From the IMG/VR virus record IMGVR_UViG_3300024235_000284: 64,000 nt of DNA; one strand, 5' to 3'. Origin of the DNA: an uncultured virus (IMG/VR IMGVR_UViG_3300024235_000284). Taxonomy: Duplodnaviria > Heunggongvirae > Uroviricota > Caudoviricetes. Shown one piece after another: positions 18,458 through 27,621 of this stretch; within the stretch, counting starts at the first letter, position 1; the number at the start of each line of letters is the position of its first letter. The notes beneath the pieces were generated by a model. The model saw only the letters and a program-made list of their open reading frames with translations. It did no database searches and was not told where the DNA came from. Made by a program: the position numbers and the translations under genes.

Positions 18458-18465
18458 ATATTTAT

Positions 18466-18494
18466 ATTATAGTGACTATCATCACTGTTGGCAA
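18466..18494 (-). promoter_or_regulatory. Sigma70-type promoter driving the non-coding region
   Basis: TTGCCA-17-TATAAT with no start codon at the usual +6 position. Confidence 0.8.
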
Positions 18495-18497
18495 CTT

Positions 18498-18650
18498 TTA
18501 TTTTTCTGTGTCCGGAAGAATCACCTGACTCATGCTGGTCAGTATCTGTTCCAGTTTCAGTACATTGTCGATCAATTGATCGACAGATACCTCCATGGCA
18601 CGCAACCGACTTTCGAGCTCGATTATCTTGCTAGTCACCTCGTCGCTCAT
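18498..18650 (-). CDS. Small coiled-coil protein (50 aa)
   Basis: MSDEVTSKIIELESRLRAMEVSVDQL...; ATGA overlap. Confidence 0.55.
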   Translation of the reverse strand: MSDEVTSKIIELESRLRAMEVSVDQLIDNVLKLEQILTSMSQVILPDTEK

Positions 18651-18979
18651 CTTCTTCCGATTGATCTGTATCGGCGTGGTGTTTGAGAATATGGTTTTCT
18701 CTTCCGCCGTTTCTGATTCTTACGGTGGTGCTCTATCAAGATGGCTAACTCTTCCATCTCCATGTTTTTCTTGGTGACTATACGAGGCTCTTCACCTCGA
18801 GTGTCAACAACCTCCACTAGAAAATCATACAACCCGGAAGCAGCTTGCCCGACATTGCCACCGGTGACAGTGATCTTGTAACCGCTGCTCAGCTCTCCGG
18901 TGGCGATGCACCCAGTGTTAGGTGCATCCATGGCGTGAAAACATAAGTTAGAAAATGAGTTGATTGTGTTACTCTTCAT
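18647..18979 (-). CDS. Hypothetical protein
   Basis: Packed ORF. Confidence 0.65.
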   Translation of the reverse strand: MKSNTINSFSNLCFHAMDAPNTGCIATGELSSGYKITVTGGNVGQAASGLYDFLVEVVDTRGEEPRIVTKKNMEMEELAILIEHHRKNQKRRKRKPYSQTPRRYRSIGRR

Positions 18980-19190
18980 ATAATTTGGTTAGTAGTTTTA
19001 TTATTTTCTCAATACATTGTAGTTCTCTGTTCATACGATCTGTTTCATTTAATCGTGCGAAGAACAACGCTGAATCGACATTGAGGTGAATATTTTCCAT
19101 GAGCTGCAACGCATGGTGGTTGTGTTCCGCTTCTTCAACTAGTGATTGATATGCAGCACTATCAAGAAATTGTGACAATTGATCTATCAT
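18969..19190 (-). CDS. Hypothetical protein
   Basis: Packed ORF. Confidence 0.6.
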   Translation of the reverse strand: MIDQLSQFLDSAAYQSLVEEAEHNHHALQLMENIHLNVDSALFFARLNETDRMNRELQCIEKIIKLLTKLYEE

Positions 19191-19375
19191 CTTGCTATGA
19201 CCACGAAACTCTGCATCACAAATTCAATCAATTGATAACCAACGAACATCAGTGCCGCGGAGATCATGGTGATTCGAACTGCTTTGGGTGTTAGAAAAAA
19301 ACCACCGATTATCATGCAACTCGCGATGAAAATTGCAAAACAAACGGCGGCGTTACCTATTTCTATTGGATTCAT
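19187..19375 (-). CDS. Small membrane protein
   Basis: Two hydrophobic helices; ATG 6 nt below TATAAT. Confidence 0.65.
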   Translation of the reverse strand: MNPIEIGNAAVCFAIFIASCMIIGGFFLTPKAVRITMISAALMFVGYQLIEFVMQSFVVIAR

Positions 19376-19381
19376 AATGTT

Positions 19382-19410
19382 ATTATAGTGTGTTGTGTAA
19401 CATCAGGCAA
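19382..19410 (-). promoter_or_regulatory. Early sigma70-type promoter
   Basis: TTGCCT-17-TATAAT. Confidence 0.75.
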
Positions 19411-20347
19411 CTATCAGATTGTTCAACTCGTTGAGCACTCGGCGCTTTTTGTTCACCTGCATGCCACTCAAGTTGCCTAGAAATCTATTGCCAGTGTTGG
19501 TGTTTTTCTTGACACTGTGATGGTCTAGATACTCTGTCACTGCATTGAACATGTCATAGTGTGTTTTGCCTTGATTGCCCATGCCTTCTTCAAACAAGCT
19601 CACCAGCTCATCAACTCTGTTCTTGAGTCGGGTCTTGCTGCGTTCAGTTTGTTCTTTCTTTTGTTTTTTATCCAGCTCCTTAAAGTTCAAGAAAAACTTC
19701 TTAGCAAATTTCGCCGCTTGTGAGGTCGTCATTTTAACACCTTCTAATTTCATCATGTTGGTACGAAACCGGTTGCTCTCTGTGATTGATTCTGAGAAAG
19801 CTTGAGCTGCTAATTCTAAATTCTCCTCCCACTTTGGAGTGTGCTTGATGCCAATACCATTCTTGCGACTTTGGGCGTTAAGTGATGCCATCATGTTGTT
19901 ACAAATGACTCGGTTGTTGTATGAGAAGTAGCTGTTGCGTTGCATACCATTGTGATACACAAGCATGATCACCCGCCTCTGAAACTTGTCATCTCGGACT
20001 GTGAATTCATCTCCTAACCTGGCGCTCACCCAATTAGCTTTACCGTGTGACACCACCCCGGCGCTCTCATACACAGCGTCACATTTCTGCACGATTGAAT
20101 CAAATGGTTCAAACATGTTCTTGTTGTCAACAATTGTGTATCTAGGACCACATGTGCCGAGCACAAATTTATTGTCCTCTCGTCTCAAAAGATATCTGTT
20201 TTTCACCACCTCACCTTCAGGGGTGTGGATTGGTACTTTCTCTACATCATAATTGAGTTCGGCTCGCTCGAGAACGTTATCTAAATTATCCTCTCCGGTC
20301 AAATCAACACCGGCTCGTTCGTCTAAACTTGTTAATTTACTTATCAT
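19403..20347 (-). CDS. DUF932 / TIGR03299-type phage-plasmid protein
   Basis: LNYDVEKVPI, VLGTCGPRYTIVDN, YESAG, RVICNN, IKHT, MFNAVTEYLDH. Confidence 0.85.
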   Translation of the reverse strand: MISKLTSLDERAGVDLTGEDNLDNVLERAELNYDVEKVPIHTPEGEVVKNRYLLRREDNKFVLGTCGPRYTIVDNKNMFEPFDSIVQKCDAVYESAGVVSHGKANWVSARLGDEFTVRDDKFQRRVIMLVYHNGMQRNSYFSYNNRVICNNMMASLNAQSRKNGIGIKHTPKWEENLELAAQAFSESITESNRFRTNMMKLEGVKMTTSQAAKFAKKFFLNFKELDKKQKKEQTERSKTRLKNRVDELVSLFEEGMGNQGKTHYDMFNAVTEYLDHHSVKKNTNTGNRFLGNLSGMQVNKKRRVLNELNNLIVA

Positions 20348-20387
20348 TCTATTATTATCGTATATTTTATGTTGTTGTGCAACTTAT

Positions 20388-20627
20388 TTATTTTTCAAAC
20401 CATAGATCATATGGTTGATATCTGGTCGTACAGTAACCTTCACTCACCCCGGATGTGGTCGTGTCGCTGCACATCCATCCAATTTTCTTGAGCCTTTTTG
20501 TGATGTCTATCAAGTACTTGTCCGGGTGGGTGGCGATGAAAAAATCTCCATCAGTTGAGGCTCCATCCATGATGTTGTTGGTGTACTCCTCTAGAATGCT
20601 TCGAACCAGATCGGTTTTGTCACTCAC
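20388..20627 (-). CDS. Hypothetical protein
   Basis: ORF. Confidence 0.6.
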   Translation of the reverse strand: MSDKTDLVRSILEEYTNNIMDGASTDGDFFIATHPDKYLIDITKRLKKIGWMCSDTTTSGVSEGYCTTRYQPYDLWFEK

Positions 20628-20779
20628 ACTCGGTCACTACAAACTCGTTGTCAATCACATTGACAATCGCGCCATCTGGATGATCAAAACTTAATTCGAA
20701 TTGTTGCATCACCTCTTCTATCGTGATTTCATCAAGTTCAACATCGAATTCAATATTAGCTTTTACTTTGTATTTCATA

Positions 20780-21457
20780 TCAGTTGTATTGATCTATTAA
20801 ATTGTTCAGTGCAACCTCCACAAACTCACGCTGCTTCATGTTGCTATTGATCAAAGCTTGCTTCAACGGTGATTTTAGATCCAGATTCACGATCAACGAA
20901 AAATATCGATCCGGTGTGGTGCTCAACTGTTTGCGCTTCAGACCTTTGAACAGGCTCTCATCCACTTCCAACTCGTCTATCACCTTGGTGCTTGTGTCAG
21001 TCAGCTTGGTGTATGCCCAACCTCTCTTACCATCACGTGACACTTCCAAACCAAATCGTTCTGCTGCGATCTTGAAATGTTTGTTATGATATTGACCACC
21101 ACTACAATCACGTGTCTCCTCGATAGTGGCATTCCACAGATGTGCCATCTCATGTAACAAAGTCTCCAACAAACCTAATGGGCCTCTGCTCAGGTACTCT
21201 GCGCTAAGATTGATCTCCGGAACCGTTTCACCTGCCAGTCGGTCAGTCCAAAATCCATTGCCAAACCAGCCATATGCATTCCGGCGGCCACTCTCTTGTA
21301 TGGTGATCACCACCTTGGGTAGTTTGTTGTCTGCGAACACCTGATTAAACACATCAAATGCTCGATAGAGCTCATTGTAGAGTTGTTGGCTTCTCACGGC
21401 TGGGCTCGAGATATAACGCCCGGTTTTCTTGTCTCTATATTTATTTTTCGTTGTCAT
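20780..21457 (-). CDS. SprT-like zinc metalloprotease
   Basis: TLLHEMAH (HExxH), YHNKHFK, FDVFNQVFADNKLP. Confidence 0.85.
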   Translation of the reverse strand: MTTKNKYRDKKTGRYISSPAVRSQQLYNELYRAFDVFNQVFADNKLPKVVITIQESGRRNAYGWFGNGFWTDRLAGETVPEINLSAEYLSRGPLGLLETLLHEMAHLWNATIEETRDCSGGQYHNKHFKIAAERFGLEVSRDGKRGWAYTKLTDTSTKVIDELEVDESLFKGLKRKQLSTTPDRYFSLIVNLDLKSPLKQALINSNMKQREFVEVALNNLIDQYN

Positions 21458-21463
21458 ATGTAT

Positions 21464-21492
21464 ATTGTATGTTGTTTCTCTTTGATGCGCAA
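21464..21492 (-). promoter_or_regulatory. Early sigma70-type promoter
   Basis: TTGCGC-17-TACAAT, 6 nt to ATG. Confidence 0.75.
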
Positions 21493-21495
21493 CTA

Positions 21496-21777
21496 TTAAA
21501 AATCCCAGTCAAAACCATCATGATAAAATAGATTCAACTTGCCGTCCCTCTTTTTATGCTCACTAGTGTAGTGCTTGGCGGTACCCACTCGGAAATCTGT
21601 CGCGCGATTCATTTGTTTGTCCCGGTGTTTCTCGCGCTTTGCATTCACTTTGGGATCATGATTATAATTGCCATGTCGCCAGTCCTGATTAGCACAACCG
21701 GGCAACAGTATCATGATCATGAGTGTTATTTTTTTGATATCCATCCTACAGGTTTGCTCTCGTTGAATCCAAGACAT
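21496..21777 (-). CDS. Small lipoprotein-like protein (start probably internal)
   Basis: ILLPGC lipobox-like sequence. Confidence 0.5.
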   Translation of the reverse strand: MSWIQREQTCRMDIKKITLMIMILLPGCANQDWRHGNYNHDPKVNAKREKHRDKQMNRATDFRVGTAKHYTSEHKKRDGKLNLFYHDGFDWDF

Positions 21778-21956
21778 GGGTATATTCTACCATTGGCACT
21801 TGTTGTAGCAGTGTATGTTGCATGACCGTCATTTTCTTTTGTTAATTCTATCACAGTGCCTATGTGGTAACTCCCGGCGAACTTAAATTTGACTGTGTCC
21901 CCAATTTTGAATCTGTGTCGTTTTGGTATGAGTCTCTTTTTTCTCACCGGGTTCAA
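21726..21956 (-). CDS. Small SH3/KOW-like protein
   Basis: FKIGDTVKF...GTVIE. Confidence 0.55.
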   Translation of the reverse strand: MNPVRKKRLIPKRHRFKIGDTVKFKFAGSYHIGTVIELTKENDGHATYTATTSANGRIYPCLGFNESKPVGWISKK

Positions 21957-22204
21957 TCTCGAAGTTTATCAAGCATGCGGGTGATGATGTGTATGCTTCT
22001 GCGTGAGGTGTCTATGTCCGTGTTGTCTATCAAATCGTCAAACCTGTACATACTGTCTTGTGTTGTTGGTTTGCCTTCAGCTAACCACAAACGTTCTTCA
22101 GCCAATGCTAGCACATTCTTGAGTGCCACCATGTTCACATCTGTTCGTATCTCGTCCATCTCCGGATTACCGAAGGGGTATTTCAAGTCATTCACTATGT
22201 TCAT
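21953..22204 (-). CDS. Hypothetical protein
   Basis: Packed ORF. Confidence 0.6.
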   Translation of the reverse strand: MNIVNDLKYPFGNPEMDEIRTDVNMVALKNVLALAEERLWLAEGKPTTQDSMYRFDDLIDNTDIDTSRRSIHIITRMLDKLRD

Positions 22205-22469
22205 CTTTGAATTTCTTTCTGTATCTGTTGTTCTTTTTGTTTTTGGTTATATATTGTTCAGCCAGTTTTATTCTTGTTTGTAAATTCTTGCCGGTTGGCC
22301 ACTTCATATGCTTGAGATAATAGCTATCCAGACCGGTGCTCAACATGCTAACGTACTCAAGCTTGTCATTTCTAGTTGCCATGAACAATGTGATTCCATC
22401 ACTGAAATGCACAGAGTATTCCGGGTTTTTTTTGGTACCACCATTCAATAGACTGCTGATTGGTTTCAT
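22188..22469 (-). CDS. Hypothetical protein
   Basis: Packed ORF. Confidence 0.6.
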   Translation of the reverse strand: MKPISSLLNGGTKKNPEYSVHFSDGITLFMATRNDKLEYVSMLSTGLDSYYLKHMKWPTGKNLQTRIKLAEQYITKNKKNNRYRKKFKDEHSE

Positions 22470-22643
22470 ATAATGAAGCTGATCACAAATGCGACAGTCT
22501 TACAGCATTTCAATTCCGGTAAGCTAACAAATTCGTAAAATTGATTCCACTTATCCTTACTGAATAACCACTTCCTAGCATTCACATATATAGTTATAGG
22601 TTTGAGTAATATTGTTGTCATGTTATATATTTTATGTTGTGTG

Positions 22644-23150
22644 TTATGATTGCGCAACTTGTTTCTCCCATGGGAAAACAACCCAACAATCTTGTGGTAC
22701 TTGTTTATAAAAATATGTAGGCACATGTGCGGTACAGGGTTTTGTGTACAATGCCAGTGTTCTCACCTTGCAATTGAAAGTGTCTTGGATCATTGATTCT
22801 GCCCGATTGAATGTATTGCCCTTGTCAGATATATCATCAACAATTAAAACATTGTCTCCATTGGAGATGTCAGAGCAATTAACTGGTAACTGTTGATATA
22901 CATTTATATCACCACCAAACTCAATACCACCTTCAGACATCTGATAGCTGGCTATTCCAATGCTGTACACTTTTCGTATACCCAGCATATTTGCTATGAT
23001 GGTGGCCGGGACTAAACCCCCTCTGGCCAGACCGATAATATGTGTAGGGTGATCTGTGTCTAACTTCCGGGACAGGTCCAAGCATGCTCTACTCACATGC
23101 TTCCACTTGCAAATTTCTCTATCAGTCTTCCAGTTGCGAATCCAACTCAT
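22644..23150 (-). CDS. Type I phosphoribosyltransferase (xanthine/guanine PRT-like)
   Basis: IIGLARGGLVPA, VLIVDDISDKGNT, WVVFPWE. Confidence 0.92.
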   Translation of the reverse strand: MSWIRNWKTDREICKWKHVSRACLDLSRKLDTDHPTHIIGLARGGLVPATIIANMLGIRKVYSIGIASYQMSEGGIEFGGDINVYQQLPVNCSDISNGDNVLIVDDISDKGNTFNRAESMIQDTFNCKVRTLALYTKPCTAHVPTYFYKQVPQDCWVVFPWEKQVAQS

Positions 23151-23299
23151 CGTTCAGATTATCCAATGCTTCGAGAGCATCTGTTAATGATGTTAATATG
23201 TCGTCTCCTGGCTCTCCAAAATCGTCTAATGTGCATTCTATTTTTTTGGTTATGTCTTCTAAATTTGTTATCAGTTTGGAGATCTGTTTAGGCATAAAT

Positions 23300-23515
23300 T
23301 TACTTATGCTCCTGATCCTCCATATTAGTAAACAATTCCAATTGATCCTCATTGTACGTGCCATCATTCAACGTGACTGTTGTGTTCACGATATTATCAT
23401 ATAACGTATCAGCTATCAATTGTTGACCAGATTCACTGTCAAAATTTAACTGTGGTCTGTTCTTGCTCAGATCACTTAACGTTTGTTTTATCAGTTTGTA
23501 TATGTCGTCTTTCAT
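23300..23515 (-). CDS. Hypothetical protein
   Basis: Packed ORF. Confidence 0.55.
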   Translation of the reverse strand: MKDDIYKLIKQTLSDLSKNRPQLNFDSESGQQLIADTLYDNIVNTTVTLNDGTYNEDQLELFTNMEDQEHK

Positions 23516-24462
23516 TATTTTGTCTGTGCTGCGAATTGCACGGTGTTGTTGATCAAATTGTAACTAGCATGAGCACCTCGTCCGGTCTTCTCGACTCTCT
23601 TCATGGCGATCAAATCCCGCACCCTGCTATATGTTTTGTTGTAATTAAACTCTAACGCTCCGGACAATTCTGATATGTTGAGCCCCGGGTTGTTTGTGAT
23701 GCTATCAATCAACGCGTCATAGTCTTGTTGTTTGCGATCCTCCTTGCTTGGAGCTTTGGCTGGTTCCTCCTCACGTACAACCGTCGCATCAAAATCATAA
23801 CCGTTACGACCGATGATACATTCCAGTTCGTTCAGCGGACCAAACCGGTTTTTCTCAAAATACACCACACGAGCACCCTCATCATCAACATCAGACACGC
23901 GATCGATCTTGACATTGGCGTCAACAGTATGAGGCACAATGGTACCGCCCTTGAGGTCACCACTCTTGGTCAAGTGCATGATGAACACCACAGTACACTC
24001 AGTAGTCTTGGCATGCTGAGTTATTCTTTGCACCGCGTACTTCTCAAGAGCACGTGAGTTGAGTTTCTTCTTGCAAGTCAATGCTTGAAATGAATCAACA
24101 ACCAATAAGTCAAGCTCATCCATGTACTCACAGATGGTGTCTATATCGGTCTCGTTAGCAATTGAAACATCAGTAGCTTCGATACGATTCGCGGTGTAAG
24201 CGAGCTGATATATGCTCTCTTCACCACTGAAGTAACCAACCTTGTAACCATTCTTGGTCAATCCGTTGAGCACTTGCAACATGAAAGTAGTCTTACCACA
24301 ACCTGCCTTAGCAGTCAATGTCATAGCACTACCAGGAAGAATACCTTCGTCAAACAACACATCAATTTTATTGATGCCACTCTTGAGTCGGCGATTGAAA
24401 ATGTCAGGAATTTGAATCTCTGACACCTTGGTTAGTTTAGTTGTATTTAAATTAAGTTCCAT
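23515..24462 (-). CDS. radA: RadA/Sms-like RecA-fold ATPase with probable C-terminal HTH
   Basis: Walker A AKAGCGKTT, SGEES, Walker B VVDSFQ, HLTKSG, KNRFG signature. Confidence 0.8.
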   Translation of the reverse strand: MELNLNTTKLTKVSEIQIPDIFNRRLKSGINKIDVLFDEGILPGSAMTLTAKAGCGKTTFMLQVLNGLTKNGYKVGYFSGEESIYQLAYTANRIEATDVSIANETDIDTICEYMDELDLLVVDSFQALTCKKKLNSRALEKYAVQRITQHAKTTECTVVFIMHLTKSGDLKGGTIVPHTVDANVKIDRVSDVDDEGARVVYFEKNRFGPLNELECIIGRNGYDFDATVVREEEPAKAPSKEDRKQQDYDALIDSITNNPGLNISELSGALEFNYNKTYSRVRDLIAMKRVEKTGRGAHASYNLINNTVQFAAQTK

Positions 24463-24484
24463 TTGATTTATTTGTTATACGTTG

Positions 24485-24513
24485 ATTATAGTCACTCTCT
24501 GTTGATTGCGCAA
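24485..24513 (-). promoter_or_regulatory. Early sigma70-type promoter
   Basis: TTGCGC-17-TATAAT. Confidence 0.8.
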
Positions 24514-24514
24514 C

Positions 24515-24838
24515 TTATTCTCTATCCAATCCCGCAGGAATGTCACCCATTATAGCGTTGATGATGTCATTCTCGTCCGCCCGGGTGACCTTGATGCCCC
24601 TGTCACGTAACTCAGCACAAGCAGCATGATATAGGTCGATCTGCTCGCTTGTTAGACCGAAGTCTCTAGGATTGGTGTTCCAGTTGATGTCGTCATAATT
24701 GCTGAACCACTCCGTAGAGTGGTTGTTACGTGGTTTGCTACCTTTGCCCATACAATTATTATCATATATTTTTGGTTGGTTGGCAACTATTGTTTCGTTG
24801 GTTTTGATTAATCTTACCAACCAACTCTTGTTCTTCAA
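24515..24838 (-). CDS. Hypothetical protein (likely start at internal MGKGSKPR)
   Basis: MGKGSKPRN...FSNYDDINW phage-type motif. Confidence 0.55.
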   Translation of the reverse strand: MKNKSWLVRLIKTNETIVANQPKIYDNNCMGKGSKPRNNHSTEWFSNYDDINWNTNPRDFGLTSEQIDLYHAACAELRDRGIKVTRADENDIINAIMGDIPAGLDRE

Positions 24839-24974
24839 ATGCTTTCTGCACAGCAGATCTCAACCTCGTGATCAATTCTGGTTGATGTGTTTGTATCCAG
24901 TCCATTAACAGCTGATTGGTGTAATATTCAACAAGATCATTTGTTGTGAGATTAATAGTATGTTTGTTGTCCAT
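24762..24974 (-). CDS. Hypothetical protein
   Basis: ORF. Confidence 0.55.
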   Translation of the reverse strand: MDNKHTINLTTNDLVEYYTNQLLMDWIQTHQPELITRLRSAVQKAFEEQELVGKINQNQRNNSCQPTKNI

Positions 24975-24994
24975 TTTCTATAAATAATTAAGCG

Positions 24995-25366
24995 ATGAAT
25001 GAATTTAAGCAATACTACATCAAGTTGATGAACGAGATGTCCTTTGGAGAGGACCGGATTGATCGAGCCACCAAAAAATCCATCATGGACACACTCAACA
25101 ATGCGCGGCACTTACGAGACATGCCTCCGACTGATCCTGAGAAATTGAAATTGCAGGTGCAAACCATGCAGCAAAATTTACGACGCAGCTGGGACAGCAT
25201 TGGTGACAAGAGATCGTATTTGAAACAGGACATAAACAAAAAATTCAAAGAGCTGGAGCATCTGCTGAGCACACAACACGTTGACAACAACTCTGAGTCA
25301 GTCCGGCAGCTCGCAGACAGTGTGGTGACACTATTGACAGACATACATCAATTGTTGGTTGGTTGA
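24995..25366 (+). CDS. Late protein, possibly head-internal
   Basis: TATAAATA upstream; MNEFKQYY..LMNE N-terminus. Confidence 0.7.
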   Translation: MNEFKQYYIKLMNEMSFGEDRIDRATKKSIMDTLNNARHLRDMPPTDPEKLKLQVQTMQQNLRRSWDSIGDKRSYLKQDINKKFKELEHLLSTQHVDNNSESVRQLADSVVTLLTDIHQLLVG

Positions 25367-25674
25367 TGAATCTGGTCATTGACGGTAACTTGTCTTACAC
25401 ACCTAGTGAGATATCATGTTTCCGGGATGTCACGTTGTATAGCACAATATGGGGAGATTTTAGTGTGCTTGTTGAGATTGAACGTGAGTTTCGAGATCAT
25501 GTGTGGTATCATTTGAAATCACATGGAGCATATGATTATGTACAGGCTATAGTTTCTGTTGACCGTGAGCCCGGTTATCGTATAGGTGATCGACCCGGAT
25601 GCAATTTAATGGTTAACAAGATAACATGTGAGAATGTGTCTAACATAATCACTTGTTTGTATCAGTTTGGCTGA
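25363..25674 (+). CDS. Hypothetical protein, degenerate HAD-like
   Basis: NLVIDGNL N-terminus. Confidence 0.6.
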   Translation: MMNLVIDGNLSYTPSEISCFRDVTLYSTIWGDFSVLVEIEREFRDHVWYHLKSHGAYDYVQAIVSVDREPGYRIGDRPGCNLMVNKITCENVSNIITCLYQFG

Positions 25675-26167
25675 TGCGTGGATCATTCTCTTTGACAGTT
25701 GAGATATCCTCTCGAGAACGTTTAACTTTGTTCATAAACTCACGATGTCTTCTCAATCTGGCCTCAGCTGCATTGGCGCGCTCCCAAGCTAACACCACCG
25801 CTTCATCCTTGATCGGGCTTTGATCACCATACAACACTCTCTTTTCGTTTTGTTTTAACACATGCATAGGGGTCTCATCAACTGGTTGGTTGTAGTGTTT
25901 AGCTAATGCTAATCTGGCTGTCTCTTTCTCATCTTCAGTCATCAATTTGTGTTTGACACTGTTGATGGCATTCACCGGATCGGTCTTGTCAGAGGTGGTT
26001 GCTGAGAGCTTGTAATAATAAAATGGACCAGCATCAACGCGCTTTAGACCAGCATGTGTCACATGGCTAGGTTCGCTCAAGCTGTTGATCAACGACCGGA
26101 AAATGTTTTCACCACTCAAACCGGAGGTGATCATCAATGTGGATATTGTGAGTAATGCTCTTTTCAT
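25649..26167 (-). CDS. Exported hypothetical protein
   Basis: Signal-peptide-like N-terminus. Confidence 0.7.
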   Translation of the reverse strand: MKRALLTISTLMITSGLSGENIFRSLINSLSEPSHVTHAGLKRVDAGPFYYYKLSATTSDKTDPVNAINSVKHKLMTEDEKETARLALAKHYNQPVDETPMHVLKQNEKRVLYGDQSPIKDEAVVLAWERANAAEARLRRHREFMNKVKRSREDISTVKENDPRISQTDTNK

Positions 26168-26169
26168 GA

Positions 26170-26613
26170 CTAGTCTTTCTTTCTGATACCAGGTAAAACC
26201 TCTAGCGTGTCAAGCTTGCCCATGGCTCGTTCATAGCGCTTTTCAAAATCAATAATTTTATGAGCTCTGCTTGCTGATTGTAGGTTCTCTGCTTGCACTC
26301 GAGCCACATCAGCTTCAGCTTGTAATGCTCGATCTCGGGCGGTCAACACATCAAACTCATCAACACTCTGACCAAACACTATTGTCTCTCGTGTCACGTA
26401 TCGACTGCTTTCACGTCTCTTGTTGTTACGCTCCAGCTCACGATCACGGGCTTGTTGATTAGCCTCTGTCACTTTGTCTCGTTGCTCGAGAATTTTCTCA
26501 GCAGCCTTGCCTTCGGCGTAGGACCCGGTGTGTGGATTGTACACTATGGTTTTAGACTTACACCCCCCTGATAATAATATTACTAATATAGATGCTATTT
26601 TGATTTTATTCAT
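26170..26613 (-). CDS. Lipoprotein, coiled-coil
   Basis: ILLSGGC lipobox. Confidence 0.7.
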   Translation of the reverse strand: MNKIKIASILVILLSGGCKSKTIVYNPHTGSYAEGKAAEKILEQRDKVTEANQQARDRELERNNKRRESSRYVTRETIVFGQSVDEFDVLTARDRALQAEADVARVQAENLQSASRAHKIIDFEKRYERAMGKLDTLEVLPGIRKKD

Positions 26614-26801
26614 AATAATTAATTTGTTGTTCTATTTAAGTATATGTCAATTTTCTCAAAGCGCAACTTTTGTAGATCTTGATCCACTAGATAATTGTGA
26701 TGCTCCATGATAACATGGTATGTTACAATGGTGAGTAAACTGACTGCAGTTAAACTTAATAGTGTTAATATTGTTGCTTGTGCTTTGTTGTTCATGTTCT
26801 A

Positions 26802-26830
26802 ATTATAGCTGATCAGAACAGCATGCGCAA
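26802..26830 (-). promoter_or_regulatory. Early sigma70-type promoter
   Basis: TTGCGC-17-TATAAT, 6 nt to ATG 26795. Confidence 0.75.
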
Positions 26831-26840
26831 CTATTAAAAT

Positions 26841-27065
26841 TTAATCAAACTCAAACACATCAACATCAACCTCTTCTTCAGAAGATGTGTTATCGTACAT
26901 CACGTCACTACACTCTCTAGAACCAACACGTAACACGTTGTTCAGGAGATCATGCTCTTCACCAGTCAGATACAACTTGCCAGTGTCTTGACCGTTGATC
27001 AACACAGTAGCGTGTATGCTACCAGTGGGTGATCTTCCGGTCACATCTAGTGATATGGTCTGCAT
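26841..27065 (-). CDS. Hypothetical protein
   Basis: ORF. Confidence 0.6.
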   Translation of the reverse strand: MQTISLDVTGRSPTGSIHATVLINGQDTGKLYLTGEEHDLLNNVLRVGSRECSDVMYDNTSSEEEVDVDVFEFD

Positions 27066-27068
27066 TTG

Positions 27069-27398
27069 TTATGCAGTCTCTTTGGCTTTGGAAGCAGACT
27101 TCTTTTTAGTCTTCTCCGCCACCTTCTCTTCTGCTGGTGCAGACTCCTCTGCTTCCGCAGGTGGATTTTGAGCCGCTTCAAAAGCGCTCTCGATTTGTGC
27201 TAACTTCTCTTCATCCGCTTCAGTCACAATTTTTGTGGCATCTCGAAGAGCCACTTGCTGAATAACCGTGATAGTTTGATTCAACGTGATGCTGTTCAAA
27301 ATGTTGTTGGCGACAAAATTGACAAGCTCATTTTGCTTGGCTTCGTCGAGCGCGTTAATTGGAGATTCTGCAGACTCAGTTTTTTCTGTTTTACTCAT
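27069..27398 (-). CDS. Hypothetical protein with Ala/Glu/Lys-rich tail
   Basis: ORF. Confidence 0.7.
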   Translation of the reverse strand: MSKTEKTESAESPINALDEAKQNELVNFVANNILNSITLNQTITVIQQVALRDATKIVTEADEEKLAQIESAFEAAQNPPAEAEESAPAEEKVAEKTKKKSASKAKETA

Positions 27399-27435
27399 AT
27401 GTAATATATATTGTATTGGTTAAAATTTTCAACGG

Positions 27436-27621
27436 CTATTCGTCAGTTTCTATGTCTGGAGAGACTAGATAGTCACCTATGCTCTTGCTCAGCTCGCGAG
27501 CAGCTTCCACGATAGCAGCCTTTTTCTCCGGGTCGTCTTCATACAAGCTCTGTTCATATACATCTAACACGAAATCATGAGTGATTTCATATTGTACTTC
27601 GGCTTGCGTGTATTCATTCAT
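27436..27621 (-). CDS. Hypothetical protein
   Basis: Overlap-coupled ORF. Confidence 0.6.
   Translation of the reverse strand: MNEYTQAEVQYEITHDFVLDVYEQSLYEDDPEKKAAIVEAARELSKSIGDYLVSPDIETDE

Larger units (their letters stand above)
17580..18460 (-). ncRNA. Large structured non-coding RNA or RNA cluster, family unknown
   Basis: About 880 nt without a credible ORF in a gene-dense genome; many hairpins and nested long-range helices; G-U pairs favour the minus strand; own promoter. Confidence 0.7.

Noticed and set aside
17580..18460. tmRNA, RNase P RNA or group I/II intron
   Set aside because: No tRNA-like ends or tag ORF. No GAGGAAAGUCC, only an isolated CGGCTTA. No interrupted host gene or domain V seen.
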